DNA of 64,000 nt from Octopus vulgaris. Its lineage: Eukaryota. This document shows, piece after piece, positions 1 through 11,137 of the stretch; the stretch's first letter is position 1, and every line of letters starts with the position of its first letter. The DNA is taken from the NCBI GenBank assembly GCA_951406725.2, contig OX597818.1, forward strand, positions 120,962,001 to 121,026,000, written 5' to 3'. Both the position numbers and the translations under genes were made by a program. The notes beneath the pieces are model-generated. The model worked only from the letters and a program-made list of their open reading frames with translations, was not told the DNA's origin and made no database searches.

Positions 1-3000
1 AACATATGAATTCTTTTAAAAATAAAAACTTAATCAACTCAACCGGACCTAGTAAGTACATTTGGAGTCTTAAATCACTAAATATTAATTATAGTTTAAT
101 TTGGGAAATAATTTGTAAAACTAAATCATATACTATAGGAGCTAATTGTTGTTATTTATGTTCTAATGAGTTTAAAGAAATTTTATTTTATAAGTATGAT
201 AATTTACTTAATACTGGTGAAGAGCGCAAAATAAAATGCAGACATAAGTTACTTTACCTATATAATAAGTTTCATGATAAATAGCAATAATAGTTCCCTA
301 TTAGATTACTTTAGTTTAGTTTAAATTAGTTTAGATAATATATTTTTTGGTTATGTAGTCTAGGCTTTAATTATAGTTAGTCTTTATTGATATTTCTTTG
401 TTTTAATTAGTTCATTTTTAATTTATATTAATATAACAGTTTATGGTATGTTAAAACTTTAATAATTTATATTAGATTTTTTCATTTTCTTTATTTATAT
501 ATTTTTTTATTTTTATTTTATTTTATTATGTATTTTTATTATGCATTTGTTATATGTATTTTGGAGGATATATTTATATGTTGATGGGTGTTATTTAGTG
601 GTGTTTTTATTGAGTTTTGTATGTATGTGTGAATGTTTACGATCCCTTTGTTTTTTGTTTTTTATTTGGTATGTTGAATTGACAGATTTTATTTGGGTAT
701 TGTCTGTTATAATAAAGTATACACACCCATAACAAATATAAGTGCCCACTTCATTCGCGCGTACCTGGAATTGCATGTGAGCCTCAAAATATACACCAAA
801 CGGCCACTCCCGCCCCATACGGACAAATAAACACATACATCCCCAAAAATGGGCTTAATCCCACTTACACCAATCATATGTATACAATTATACACACTAG
901 AATAATACATAACTAACCCAAATATACAGAACATATTAAAAATCACCAACAAACAACCATCACAAATGAAACCTACACCCATACAATGACAAAACTCCCC
1001 CTCCATACCCAATTTACACCCACATAGCAATCCCAATATATTCATCCATACATGGACGCACGTGCGTGAAGCACATGCACACAATAAATACGTACAACCC
1101 CCCAATACACACTCATATACATACGTATTAAGCTCGACATCCACAGCAATACGCATACACCCACTCACACCCAGATGGGTGAATTGCACAACCAGGGAAC
1201 GCACACACACGTGTGCGTATTTTGATTGTGCAATTCGCCCATATGCATGTATGCGGGCGCGATTACATTGTTGCACATATCGAGCCCAACTAGCATGCAT
1301 ATGTACATGTGAGGGGTACACGTACATGCCGTGCGCGTGTACCCCTTGCATTTATACCCGTGCGTGAATATACACATGGAGACTACCACACAGGTACAAA
1401 TGTGTATAGTAATGGGAGCCCCATCACTACACTTAATGTATACTCTCACCCATCCGCACGGATGTGAAAGCGAATCTCCGGTGTATATGTTGAGGCTTAT
1501 ATGTAGCGCTGTGGAGGTGAACGTCGTTGAAATTGTGAATGAATGGGTGGAGTTGGGAATTGTAACCGGGTGGTGGGCTAGCGTTGCTTGGAATTGGGAA
1601 TGGAATAGTGTAGTAGTAAGGCAGGCATCGAGAATAGATTTGGGTTACTGCAAGTTGTTTGTTAGAGCAGCTAAGATGAGCTAAATCTCATAAATGTATA
1701 TAATAATTTATTATTATGGTAGTTTTATTAAAGAATCCATTCATAATAAATTTTTTTTAAGTAGTGATGGTTTGCCACGTGGATATAGTTTTTAGTTCCA
1801 TTTATTCTATTTCTCCATTCATAATTTTAAATGACGTTTACTTTCCATGGCGCGTATTCGTTTTTTACATAAGTTATATTTCTATGGTAACGTAATTTTG
1901 GTTTGATTTTTTTAACGGCTAAGAATTTAATTTCACTTCATAATTTGAAACTGACTTGTAAGTATGTATTTTATTTCTCCTTATGTCATATTGTTATTTT
2001 TGATATTCTGGTTAATTACGATGTATTTAATGTTGTTTTTTATTGGAGTGTTTATGTATATGAGATTGTGTGTGACTTTTTAGTTGTATAATTTATTTAT
2101 CTGTATGAGTGTGGGTGTGTAAATATTGTTGTATATATCGAGTTTAGTGAGTATGTATATGCGTATATTGAGGGAGTATATGTATCTGTTGTGTGTGTGT
2201 GTTTTGCGTGTGTGTGTGTTTGTGTGTGAATGTGTATATGGGTTTGTTATTTAGGTTTTGGGATGTATGTGTTAATTTGTCTGTGTGGGGAGGGAGTGGG
2301 TTTTTGGTGTATATTGAGGTTTATAAGTTAGTATAGGTATGTGTATAAGTTGTGGGTCTGTGGTTTACGTGTGTGTTTTTTTGTGTGTGAATGTTTAGGT
2401 TAGGGGGATTGCTATATAGGTTTGTTATAGAGTTTAGCAAAGGGAGATATTATCGTTATATGTTTTTAAGAGTTTTGGTTTATCATGGTTTTTTTAGGGA
2501 ATTCGTGGTAATTTGTCTATTTTCGATGTTGGTTGTTTTATTACATTGTTTCATTCATAATTTTTGAGTGGTGTTCGTTTTGCCACGTGAATATTATTTT
2601 TAATTCCATTTATTCCATTTCTCCATTCATTATTTTAAAGATGTTCGTTTCCAGAGCGGTTATATATTTTTTATACATATGTTAAGTTCCTTGGTAAAGT
2701 AATTTTGTTTGGTGTATATGTTGAGGCTTATATGTACTTGTGGGTGTGTGTGAGTGGGGTGGGTGTTTGTATTTGTTATGGGTGTGTGGTTTACGTGTGT
2801 GTATTTGTGTGTGAATGTATAGGTTAAAGGGATTGCTATATAAGTATGTTATAGTGTTTAGTAAAGGGAGGTTTTATCATTTATGTTTTGTGAGTTTTAG
2901 CTTATCATGGTAGTTTTATAAAAGAATCCATTCATAATTTTTGTGTTTATTTGTCTGTGTGGGGTTGAGTGGGTTTTTGGAGTATATGTTGAGGTTTATA

Positions 3001-4016
3001 TGTATGTATAGGTATGTGTAAGTGGTGTGGGTATTTGTATATGTCGTGGGTGTGTGGTTTATGTGTGTGTATTTGTGTGTGAATGTTTAGGTTAGGGGGA
3101 TTGCTATATAGGTATGTTATAGAGTTTAGTAAAGGGAGATTTTATCATTATATGTTTTTATGAGTTTTGGTTTATCATGGTAGGTTTGTTAAGGAATTCG
3201 TAGTAATTTGTGTCTATTTGCGATGTCTGTTGTTTTATTGCATTGTTTCATTCATAATTTTTAAGTAGTGTTCGTTTTACCAAGTGAATATAATTTTTAA
3301 TTCCATGTATTCCATTTCTCCGTTCATAATTTTAAGTGATGTCCGTTTTCTAGAGCGTGAATGTGGGTTGTATGTGTGTGTGTGTGGGAGTATGAATAAG
3401 TATTGTGTTGAAGTATTTAGCTATTTTATTTATTTATAGTTGCCTAGACGTTTTTATGTGTATGTATAGGGATATATATATAGGTGTGTGATTTAGTGTA
3501 TGTAGTTAGATATGGTTATATATAATTAGGTATATGTGTATGGGTGTATATATAGTTTATTATTATATTATTATTATTTTTTTGTTTTGTTTTATATTTT
3601 ATATTTTATATTTTATATTTTATATTTAATTGTTGATAGGTTTATTTTAGTTTATATATTGTTTATATATTGATTATATATGGATTATATATAGGTTATA
3701 TATGGATTATATATTTATATTTTTTCATTCATACTTTAATTATTTTAAAATTATTATTTTTATATTTTAAAATATTGATATTTTAGATTGGAAGTCCACC
3801 TGAAGATTGTCGATCAAGACAAGAAACAATTGTAGTGGCGGTTTTTTTGACTATTTATTAAAATTTTATGTATTGATTAAGTCTTTCCTTGTTTGTTTTG
3901 CAAAATAGTGGTTTTGTCTCTAATAATATTTTATAATATTTTACTATAAAATTGGATTTAATCCTAAATCTGATTTTTTCCCTGTAAATTTGGATTTATT
4001 CCCTAATATTTATTAT
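1..4016 (+). mobile_element. Penelope-like element 3' part: C-terminus of the endonuclease region (6-284) and a long T/G-rich 3' region ending in a hammerhead
   Basis: ORF 6-284 SKYIWSLK...WEII...CYLC...LLN...KCRH resembles the C-terminal segment after the GIY-YIG domain in marine invertebrate PLEs. Internal ~0.7 kb repeats follow, then a type I hammerhead at 3796-3838 and a TA tract. That the whole span is one element is inferred. Confidence 0.6.
3796..3838 (+). ncRNA. Minimal type I hammerhead ribozyme
   Basis: CCAC-CTGAAGA-TTGTC(GATCAA)GACAA-GAAAC-AATT-GTA-GTGG. Stem I CCAC/GTGG, stem II TTGTC/GACAA, palindromic stem III ACAATTGT, cleavage triplet GUA. Confidence 0.85.
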
Positions 4017-4207
4017 TTAAATAAATATATATATATATATATATAAATAAATATATATATATATATATATAAATAAATATATATATAAATATATATAAAT
4101 ATATATATAAATAAATATATATATATAAATAAATATATATATATAAATAAATATATATATATATAAATAAATATATATATATAAATAAATATATATATAT
4201 ATATATA

Positions 4208-4250
<43 letters not shown>

Positions 4251-4275
4251 TATATATATATATCTGTAAATATAT
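4017..4275. repeat. (TA)n/(TAAA) compound microsatellite
   Basis: Seen directly; a similar tract at 6307-6449 flanks the other side of the 596-bp array. Confidence 0.95.
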
Positions 4276-4468
4276 ATACTAAGCAATAAAGGGTTTAGCA
4301 ACGAATTGCCTTACCACAGACCGAATTTAGAAATAGCAGTCAAAGAGTTATAGCTATTTCTTCTACTAAAAAGGAAGATCTCAGTAAAAAACACAGCAAT
4401 TGGAAGGCAGACACAAACAGGTAAGAGAGAATGAATTGACGGCAATCTATCATACAATTTTAAGTTAT

Positions 4469-4566
4469 CTACGGACGCACGTTTCGAAATCAAGTTTTTA
4501 GGAAAGCATAAGAATTAAATATTAAATAATTCTACGTTACCCAAACTTCTTTTCTCTTCAGCGTAG
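4469..4566 (-). ncRNA. Type I hammerhead ribozyme (596-bp family, copy 1)
   Basis: Reverse complement reads CTACG-CTGAAGA-[69-nt stem II]-GAAAC-GTGC-GTC-CGTAG. Confidence 0.85.
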
Positions 4567-5064
4567 AATACTATAATCATAAATGATTATATATTGAATT
4601 TTGAGATACTAGAAGGCACCAACTCAACTCAGTATCAGAGCGAGCTAGAATCCGCAACTAGTATCACCAAACTCAAAGTGTGAATGAAAGGATTGTGTCA
4701 CCAGCCCCTTCCCACCCGCGTGTAGCCAAAACAAGATGCTATGGTCATCCACTGAGATAAAATATGGTTATCCGTAATAATGAAGGGTGAAATTAATTAA
4801 TTTGGAATAATTATCAATTACACCAAGTAGTCTTCGGCATGTAAAAGCCTCATTCGAGGAAAATTTAAGTAATACTAAGCAATAAAGGGTTTAGCAACGA
4901 ATTGCCTTACCACAGACCGAATTTAGAAATAGCAGTCAAAGAGTTATAGCTATTTCTTCTACTAAAAAGGGAGATCTCAGTAAAAAACACAGCAATTGGA
5001 AGGCAGACACAAACAGGTAAGAGAGAATGAATTGACGGCAATCTATCATACAATTTTAAGTTAT

Positions 5065-5162
5065 CTACGGACGCACGTTTCGAAATCAAGTTTTTAGGAA
5101 AGCATAAGAATTAAATATTAAATAATTCTACGTTACCCAAACTTCTTTTCTCTTCAGCGTAG
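5065..5162 (-). ncRNA. Type I hammerhead ribozyme (596-bp family, copy 2)
   Basis: Same motif as copy 1, offset by exactly 596 bp. Confidence 0.85.
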
Positions 5163-6019
5163 AATACTATAATCATAAATGATTATATATTGAATTTTGA
5201 GATACTAGAAGGCACCAACTCAACTCAGTATCAGAGCGAGCTAGAATCCGCAACTAGTATCACCAAACTCAAAGTGTGAATGAAAGGATTGTGTCACCAG
5301 CCCCTTCCCACCCGCGTGTAGCCAAAACAAGATGCTATGGTCATCCACTGAGATAAAATATGGTTATCAGTAATAATGAAGGGTGAAATTAATTAATTTG
5401 GAATAATTATCAATTACACCAAGTAGTCTTCGGCATGTAAAAGCCTCATTCGAGGAACATTTAAGTAATACTAAGCAATAAAGGGTTTATTAAAACTTGA
5501 TTTCGAAACGTGCGTCCGTAGATAACTTAAAATTGTATGATAGATTGCCGTCAATTCATTCTCTCTTACCTGTTTGTGTCTGCCTTCCAATTGCTGTGTT
5601 TTTTACTGAGATCTCCCTTTTTAGTAGAAGAAATAGCTATAACTCTTTGACTGCTATTTCTAAATTCGGTCTGTGGTAAGGCAATTCGTTGCTAAACCCT
5701 TTATTGCTTAGTATTACTTAAATTTTCCTCGAATGAGGCTTTTACATGCCGAAGACTACTTGGTGTAATTGATAATTATTCCAAATTAATTAATTTCACC
5801 CTTCATTATTACGGATAACCATATTTTATCTCAGTGGATGACCATAGCATCTTGTTTTGGCTACACGCGGGTGGGAAGGGGCTGGTGACACAATCCTTTC
5901 ATTCACACTTTGAGTTTGGTGATACTAGTTGCGGATTCTAGCTCGCTCTGATACTGAGTTGAGTTGGTGCCTTCTAGTATCTCAAAATTCAATATATAAT
6001 CATTTATGATTATAGTATT

Positions 6020-6117
6020 CTACGCTGAAGAGAAAAGAAGTTTGGGTAACGTAGAATTATTTAATATTTAATTCTTATGCTTTCCTAAAAACTTGATTTC
6101 GAAACGTGCGTCCGTAG
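6020..6117 (+). ncRNA. Type I hammerhead ribozyme (596-bp family, copy 3)
   Basis: CTACG (6020) CTGAAGA ... GAAAC (6101) GTGC GTC CGTAG; stem I CTACG/CGTAG; cleavage predicted after C6112. Confidence 0.85.
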
Positions 6118-6351
6118 ATAACTTAAAATTGTATGATAGATTGCCGTCAATTCATTCTCTCTTACCTGTTTGTGTCTGCCTTCCAATTGCTGTGTTTTTT
6201 ACTGAGATCTCCCTTTTTAGTAGAAGAAATAGCTATAACTCTTTGACTGCTATTTCTAAATTCGGTCTGTGGTAAGGCAATTCGTTGCTAAACCCTTTAT
6301 TGCTCATGTAAATATATATATATATATAAATAAATATATATATATAAATAA

Positions 6352-6384
<33 letters not shown>

Positions 6385-6413
6385 AATATATATATATATA
6401 AATATATATAAAT

Positions 6414-6446
<33 letters not shown>

Positions 6447-6449
<3 letters not shown>

Positions 6450-7329
6450 CTGTAAATGTAATATGCGACAATTATTCGGTAGCCATGTTAAAACTCCGAG
6501 TTTCGGATGCCGAGATGGAAATCCACGCCGCCATCTCTTCAGTTATCCGGCCATCTGAAAAAATGCTATGAAAAATTACCGTTATACAAAAGGAAATTGC
6601 TGTGTGATTGACCGTTATTAAGACAAAAGAGCTATCTGAATGACCGCTAAGTAAGGGAAGGGAGTAAAAGTAAGGGAAGGGAGTAAAAGTAAGGGGATAA
6701 AAAGTTCATAGTATTCGCGTATGCGCACATGTTCATACCTACACATGTGCACCCGCACACCTACGTGCGTACGCCTACAAGTATACATTCATCCAACCGC
6801 ACTTGAAAACGTACACATCCTTACTCTCACCATTCGCCAAATGTATATGTATATACATACAAACCCACACACGCACACGCGCACCATAAAGGTTCATACA
6901 TACGTCTATATACACACAAGCGCAAGAAAAAACAGGGCTAAGGGTAACAATACAGAAAAAGGTATAAGGGAGTATACAAAGAGTAAACCATGTCTATATA
7001 CGCATATACCCATATGCACGCACACACACACGCCTATATACGCACATACCCGCACACGTCTATATACGCGCACACACACGCACGCACAAAAAGAATCATA
7101 CATACGTCTATATGCACACATACACAAGAAAAAACAGGGCTAAATGCAAAAATACAGGGAAAATGTGAAATAATATTGAGTAAAATACGTCTATATACGC
7201 ACGTACTCGCATGCACGCACACACGCACACATCCACACGCGCGCAAAAGATTCCATATACACGTCTATATACGCACAGGGACTTTTATCATGGCTACCGA
7301 ATAACTGTCACATATTACATTTACAGATA
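6447..7329 (-). mobile_element. Non-autonomous element with ~51-bp inverted ends and a variant hammerhead-like motif (probably PLE-derived)
   Basis: 6447-6497 and 7279-7329 are inverted copies with about 4 mismatches. The - strand at 6488-6545 reads TAA-CTGAAGA-GATGG...CATCC-GAAAC-TCGGA-GTT-TTA. The interior is (CA/TA)-rich. Confidence 0.55.
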
Positions 7330-7426
7330 AATTCCTCTATTTACATAATATCGAGGTTTCTTTCTTTCTTTTGTTGTCTTACCATATTTAACAATATATA
7401 TATATAGGGAGAGAGAGAGAGAGAGC

Positions 7427-7474
<48 letters not shown>

Positions 7475-7527
7475 CAGATAGATAGATAGATAGACAGATA
7501 GACAGATAGATAGATAGACAGATAGAC

Positions 7528-7595
<68 letters not shown>

Positions 7596-7596
7596 G
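7427..7596. repeat. (GATA/GACA)n microsatellite
   Basis: Seen directly; another copy lies at ~14531-14600. Confidence 0.95.
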
Positions 7597-8242
7597 GACA
7601 CATTCTCATATATGTTGCTATAAAAACATCTCTGGTTATTAGAGAAGGGCTTTGTTAGGGGAGATTTTCAGTTTTAATTTTTCTGTTGTCGAAGATTCAT
7701 AGTTTTGCCAATGGATTCAGAAGTTGTTCGCAAACAGCTGCAGTAACTTTCTTCAGCTGAATACACGTCACTGATTGCTTGAAATTACCCAAATACGACA
7801 TCTTTAACACGAAATAACATCTAAAATACAATATTTTATCATAAGCGTTAAGAGTAAACCTTGTTCTATGTGACAGATTCAACCAGTATCCGAGGTTTCA
7901 AACTGTTTAGTTTAAAAAGCTTTTAAAATGTCTGTGACTGAGATTGACAAAATCCATAATTTCCCTTTGAATATTTCAATATTTCTTCAATAGTAAGCGA
8001 ACATTTTTTGCACATTTACTGATTGATACTGCGATCACTTTTTACACATGTACTGTAAAGTGTCTTTTATAAGAATATTCCACAATGCATATTTCTAACC
8101 GAACATAAATTTTCAAAATATTGTTGTTTTTGTTTGAATCATTTTATGTTGGTACGATTTATAACCCGCTCAATATCACTCTTGCCGACTGAAACAGTTA
8201 CTTATCTCGTGTGATAACTACATTAGGCATTAAATCACTTAC

Positions 8243-8355
8243 CTGAACATAATCCTCTTTAAAGATCAGCAAGTTTGGGCTGGGACCGAACCACAAGCAC
8301 AGTATACCCTTTTCCCGGTATTCATCTACGTATCGCATCAGATTTTTATAAATCA
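8243..8355 (-). CDS. Cytochrome P450 (CYP4 clan) coding exon 2
   Basis: ttttatttcag|...|gtaagt; 113 nt, phase 1 to 0; VIYKNLMRYVDEYREKGILCLWFGPSPNLLIFKEDYVQ carries the CYP4-type LWxGPxP motif. In frame with exon 1. Later exons were not found and probably lie left of the window. Confidence 0.8.
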
Positions 8356-8727
8356 CTGAAATAAAAACAGAATCTGAAGTTGATGTATGTATTTACAAAC
8401 AAAGACGAAATAATGTGTCGGGTACCTTTGGGCTTACTCCAGAATGGTTCCTGGGGCGTCTAGTTATATGAATAACTTGTTACAGTGCTAAAAATATCTG
8501 TTAATATTTTATGTTGAATAGTGAGTAATGTTATATTGCCCAAGTATTGTAACGCAATCGAATGTTGTTAAACGTTTAAATCTACAGTGTTGTTAAGCAT
8601 CCGCTTGAAAAGTAATGGTACCTAAGAATTTATTTGAATTAAATTTATTAAAGACTGAAAAGAATTGTCTTCGGTTTAACATCTCCAACGTAAGCCTTCC
8701 TTCACACAGAATTTAATTATTGTGAAA

Positions 8728-9233
8728 TCTATATATATAAAACTCTAGTTGTGTGAGTGTCTGTCCCCTTCGATTTAGATTCCTAACTCCTCCCATATTT
8801 TGCGGTGCAGTTTAACCAAATTCGGGTATCTTATAGTCGTGATTCATATCGAGCCCGTCTGACTATTAGCGCGCGTCAACGATGAGTCTACGATTTTAAA
8901 AATAATTTAACATCATTTTTTATTCCATTTTAATGCATAAAATGCATCGTATGTCGATGGCGGCGGAGTTGGCGTCCACGCTCACAGCTGCACCTGTTTG
9001 CTTCTTCCCCTTCCTTCCCTCGTGAAGCTGTGGGGAAGGGAGTGTAAAGAAATCAACGTCGTAATGCGTTGTGAAGGAAACCAGCGTTCTTTTAGAACAA
9101 CGACTTCATGGCTTGAAGACACCAAAACAAAAATGGCTAAGAAAGCCCGAATTTATAAGGGAAGTAACTCTCTAAAAATGCTTATATAGTTATTTCCCTT
9201 ACAAACCCGAGCAACGCCGGGCGATACTGCTAG
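8728..9233 (+). mobile_element. Non-autonomous Helitron in P450 intron 1
   Basis: 5' A|TCTATATATATAAAA; subterminal hairpin CCCGAGCAACGCCGGG (~9206-9221); 3' CTAG|T; inserted between A and T with no TSD. Confidence 0.8.
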
Positions 9234-9620
9234 TAGTAAATAAAACTGTATCACGGTACCAGTGTAGGATTTAAAGGTTTTGCTTACATCGACCGTAAAT
9301 GTAGGACCCTCTTTGTATTTAACTAGCTTGCTAGAAATAGCAGTCAAATTATATTCCAGTTACACGCTACCGTCTTGAAAAAAAATACTGAATAATGTAT
9401 TCGTAGATATGAAATACCCGAGATAAAGACAGCTCCATATCTAGAACACATTTGATCAAAGATTCATTCAGTCACTGCTGACTGGAAGCAGTTAAACATT
9501 ATCGTCATCATAAAGTCTAATATAAACACATGGTTCTCCGATAAAGAGGGAAGAATTGAGCGTGCAGATTTAAAACTGAAGATACAATTAATAAATTAAA
9601 GTGAAGTGAAAAACACAAAC

Positions 9621-9780
9621 CCGTATTATTTCCTTGGAGTCGTGGTAAATCGCCAATTAGATGCCAACTCTTCATACATGGTACGTTCCCGTAGAGTTTT
9701 AGCTTTTTCAAATACCATTGTAGAAAATGTACAATGATGCAAGCAATTGTAACTAATAATATAGTACAAGAGACCAACAT
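9621..9780 (-). CDS. Cytochrome P450 (CYP4 clan) coding exon 1
   Basis: MLVSCTILLVTIACIIVHFLQWYLKKLKLYGNVPCMKSWHLIGDL: N-terminal membrane anchor, basic stretch and PxxxxxxLIG hinge of microsomal P450s. Donor G|gtttgt, phase 1. Confidence 0.75.
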
Positions 9781-10055
9781 GGTAACACCTCACACGGTTA
9801 GATACAGTGTTAACTGTAATGATTTAGGACAACTTCTGCTTCAGTTAGGAAGTCAGAACATCGGAACGCAATGATACGCTTGGCAGAATAAAAATAACTC
9901 ATTTACATGTCAATGAGTTTCATACAATAGTAATGTTTCAAATTATGATACAATTCGAGGGAGGGGTAATTCGATAACATATTAACTCTTACTTCTTTTA
10001 TCGATCTTGAAAGGATGAAAGGCAAAACCGACTTCGGTGGTATTTCAACACAAAC

Positions 10056-10475
10056 AAGGCGGCGAGCTGACAGAAACGTTAGCACGCCGGGCGAAATGCT
10101 TTGCGGTATTTCGTCTGCCGCTACATTCTGAGTTCAAATTCCGCCGAGGTCGACTTTGCTTTTCATCCTTTCGGGGCCGATTAAATAAGTACTAGTTATG
10201 CATTGGGGTCGATATAATCGACTTAATCCGTTTGTCTGTCCTTGTTTGTCCTCTGTGTTTAGCCCCTTGTGGGTAATAAAGAAATAGAAATAGGTATTTC
10301 GTCTGCCGTTACGTTCTGATTTCAAATTCCGCCGAGGTCGACTTTGCCTTGCATCCTTTCGGGGTCGATAAATTAAGTACCAGTTACGCACTGGGGTCGA
10401 TATAATCGTCTTAATCCGTTTGTCTGTCCTTGTTTGTCCCCTCTGTGTGTAGCCCCTTGTGGGTAGTAAAGAAAT
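10056..10475 (+). mobile_element. tRNA-derived SINE family A, with internal duplication
   Basis: Head GGCGGCGAGCTG..., B-box GAGTTCAAATTCC, tail CCCCTTGTGGGTARTAAAGAAAT; many copies in the window. Confidence 0.85.
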
Positions 10476-10523
10476 AGGTATTTCAAGACAAACTTCATAT
10501 GTACCCCTGCAGGCAAATATTTG

Positions 10524-10565
<42 letters not shown>

Positions 10566-10640
10566 TGTGTGTGTGTGTACTGTATGCAGTTAACAGTTGA
10601 GATCTAGAGAAAAGTAAAAATGAAAATATTCAAAAGATCA

Positions 10641-10995
10641 ATAAGTTGTCCCGAAAGTTCTGAGCGTTTTTTAAGCTAAATCATTTAATGCTTCATTAAA
10701 AACACCTGAAACGTAACACAGTTAAAACTTTGGCATTGCTAGAAGTGATAGAGCATCTCTTCTCCGTTCCTGACTAAGAATAGATTTATCTTTCTTTCCA
10801 GTTACCCTTTATTGACATTTGAAATAGAAAACCATATATTTCATATTCCCATTGTAATACTTAAAAAATAAAGAGAGAGAGAGAGAAAATTCTGCAAAGA
10901 CTTGCAAAACATTTGTAGAGTTTATGGTGATGCTGCTGTCGGTCAATCAACTGTTCGGAGGTGGTTTGCAAAATCTAAAGCTGGAAAGTTTAGAT
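10641..10995 (+). mobile_element. Mariner transposon 5' relic
   Basis: Degenerate translation VYGDAAVGQSTVRRWFAKSKAGKF matches the mariner HTH region. Confidence 0.6.
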
Positions 10996-11137
10996 TCTGC
11001 CAGCTCGCCGCCTTAATTTCGAAAGCATTATCCTCAAGATGTAATGTTAGGAAGTACCAGTCCTATTGCAGTAATATGTAATTCAGGCCATAGCCTAATA
11101 AAAACAGGACACTGAACGCCGGCTGTAGATAAGATTT

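Larger units (their letters stand above)
4276..6304. mobile_element. Hammerhead-bearing 596-bp tandem/inverted array (retrozyme-like or non-autonomous PLE pLTR array)
   Basis: Two full monomers plus 22 nt in - orientation (units start 4276, 4872, 5468), joined at ~5490 to 1.36 monomers in + orientation (5492-6304). Copies are near-identical, carry no credible ORF and are flanked by TA tracts. Confidence 0.85.

Noticed and set aside
4311-6275. Four copies of a 60-aa ORF (likewise the 66-aa ORF x3 at 52916-54102 and the 60-aa ORF x2 at 37737/38832)
   Set aside because: They recur only because the repeat unit recurs, have no recognisable domain, and overlap hammerhead structure.
7600-8240. P450 exon 3
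   Set aside because: The candidate acceptor near 7820 leads to an early stop and no WLGxGLL-type motif was found.
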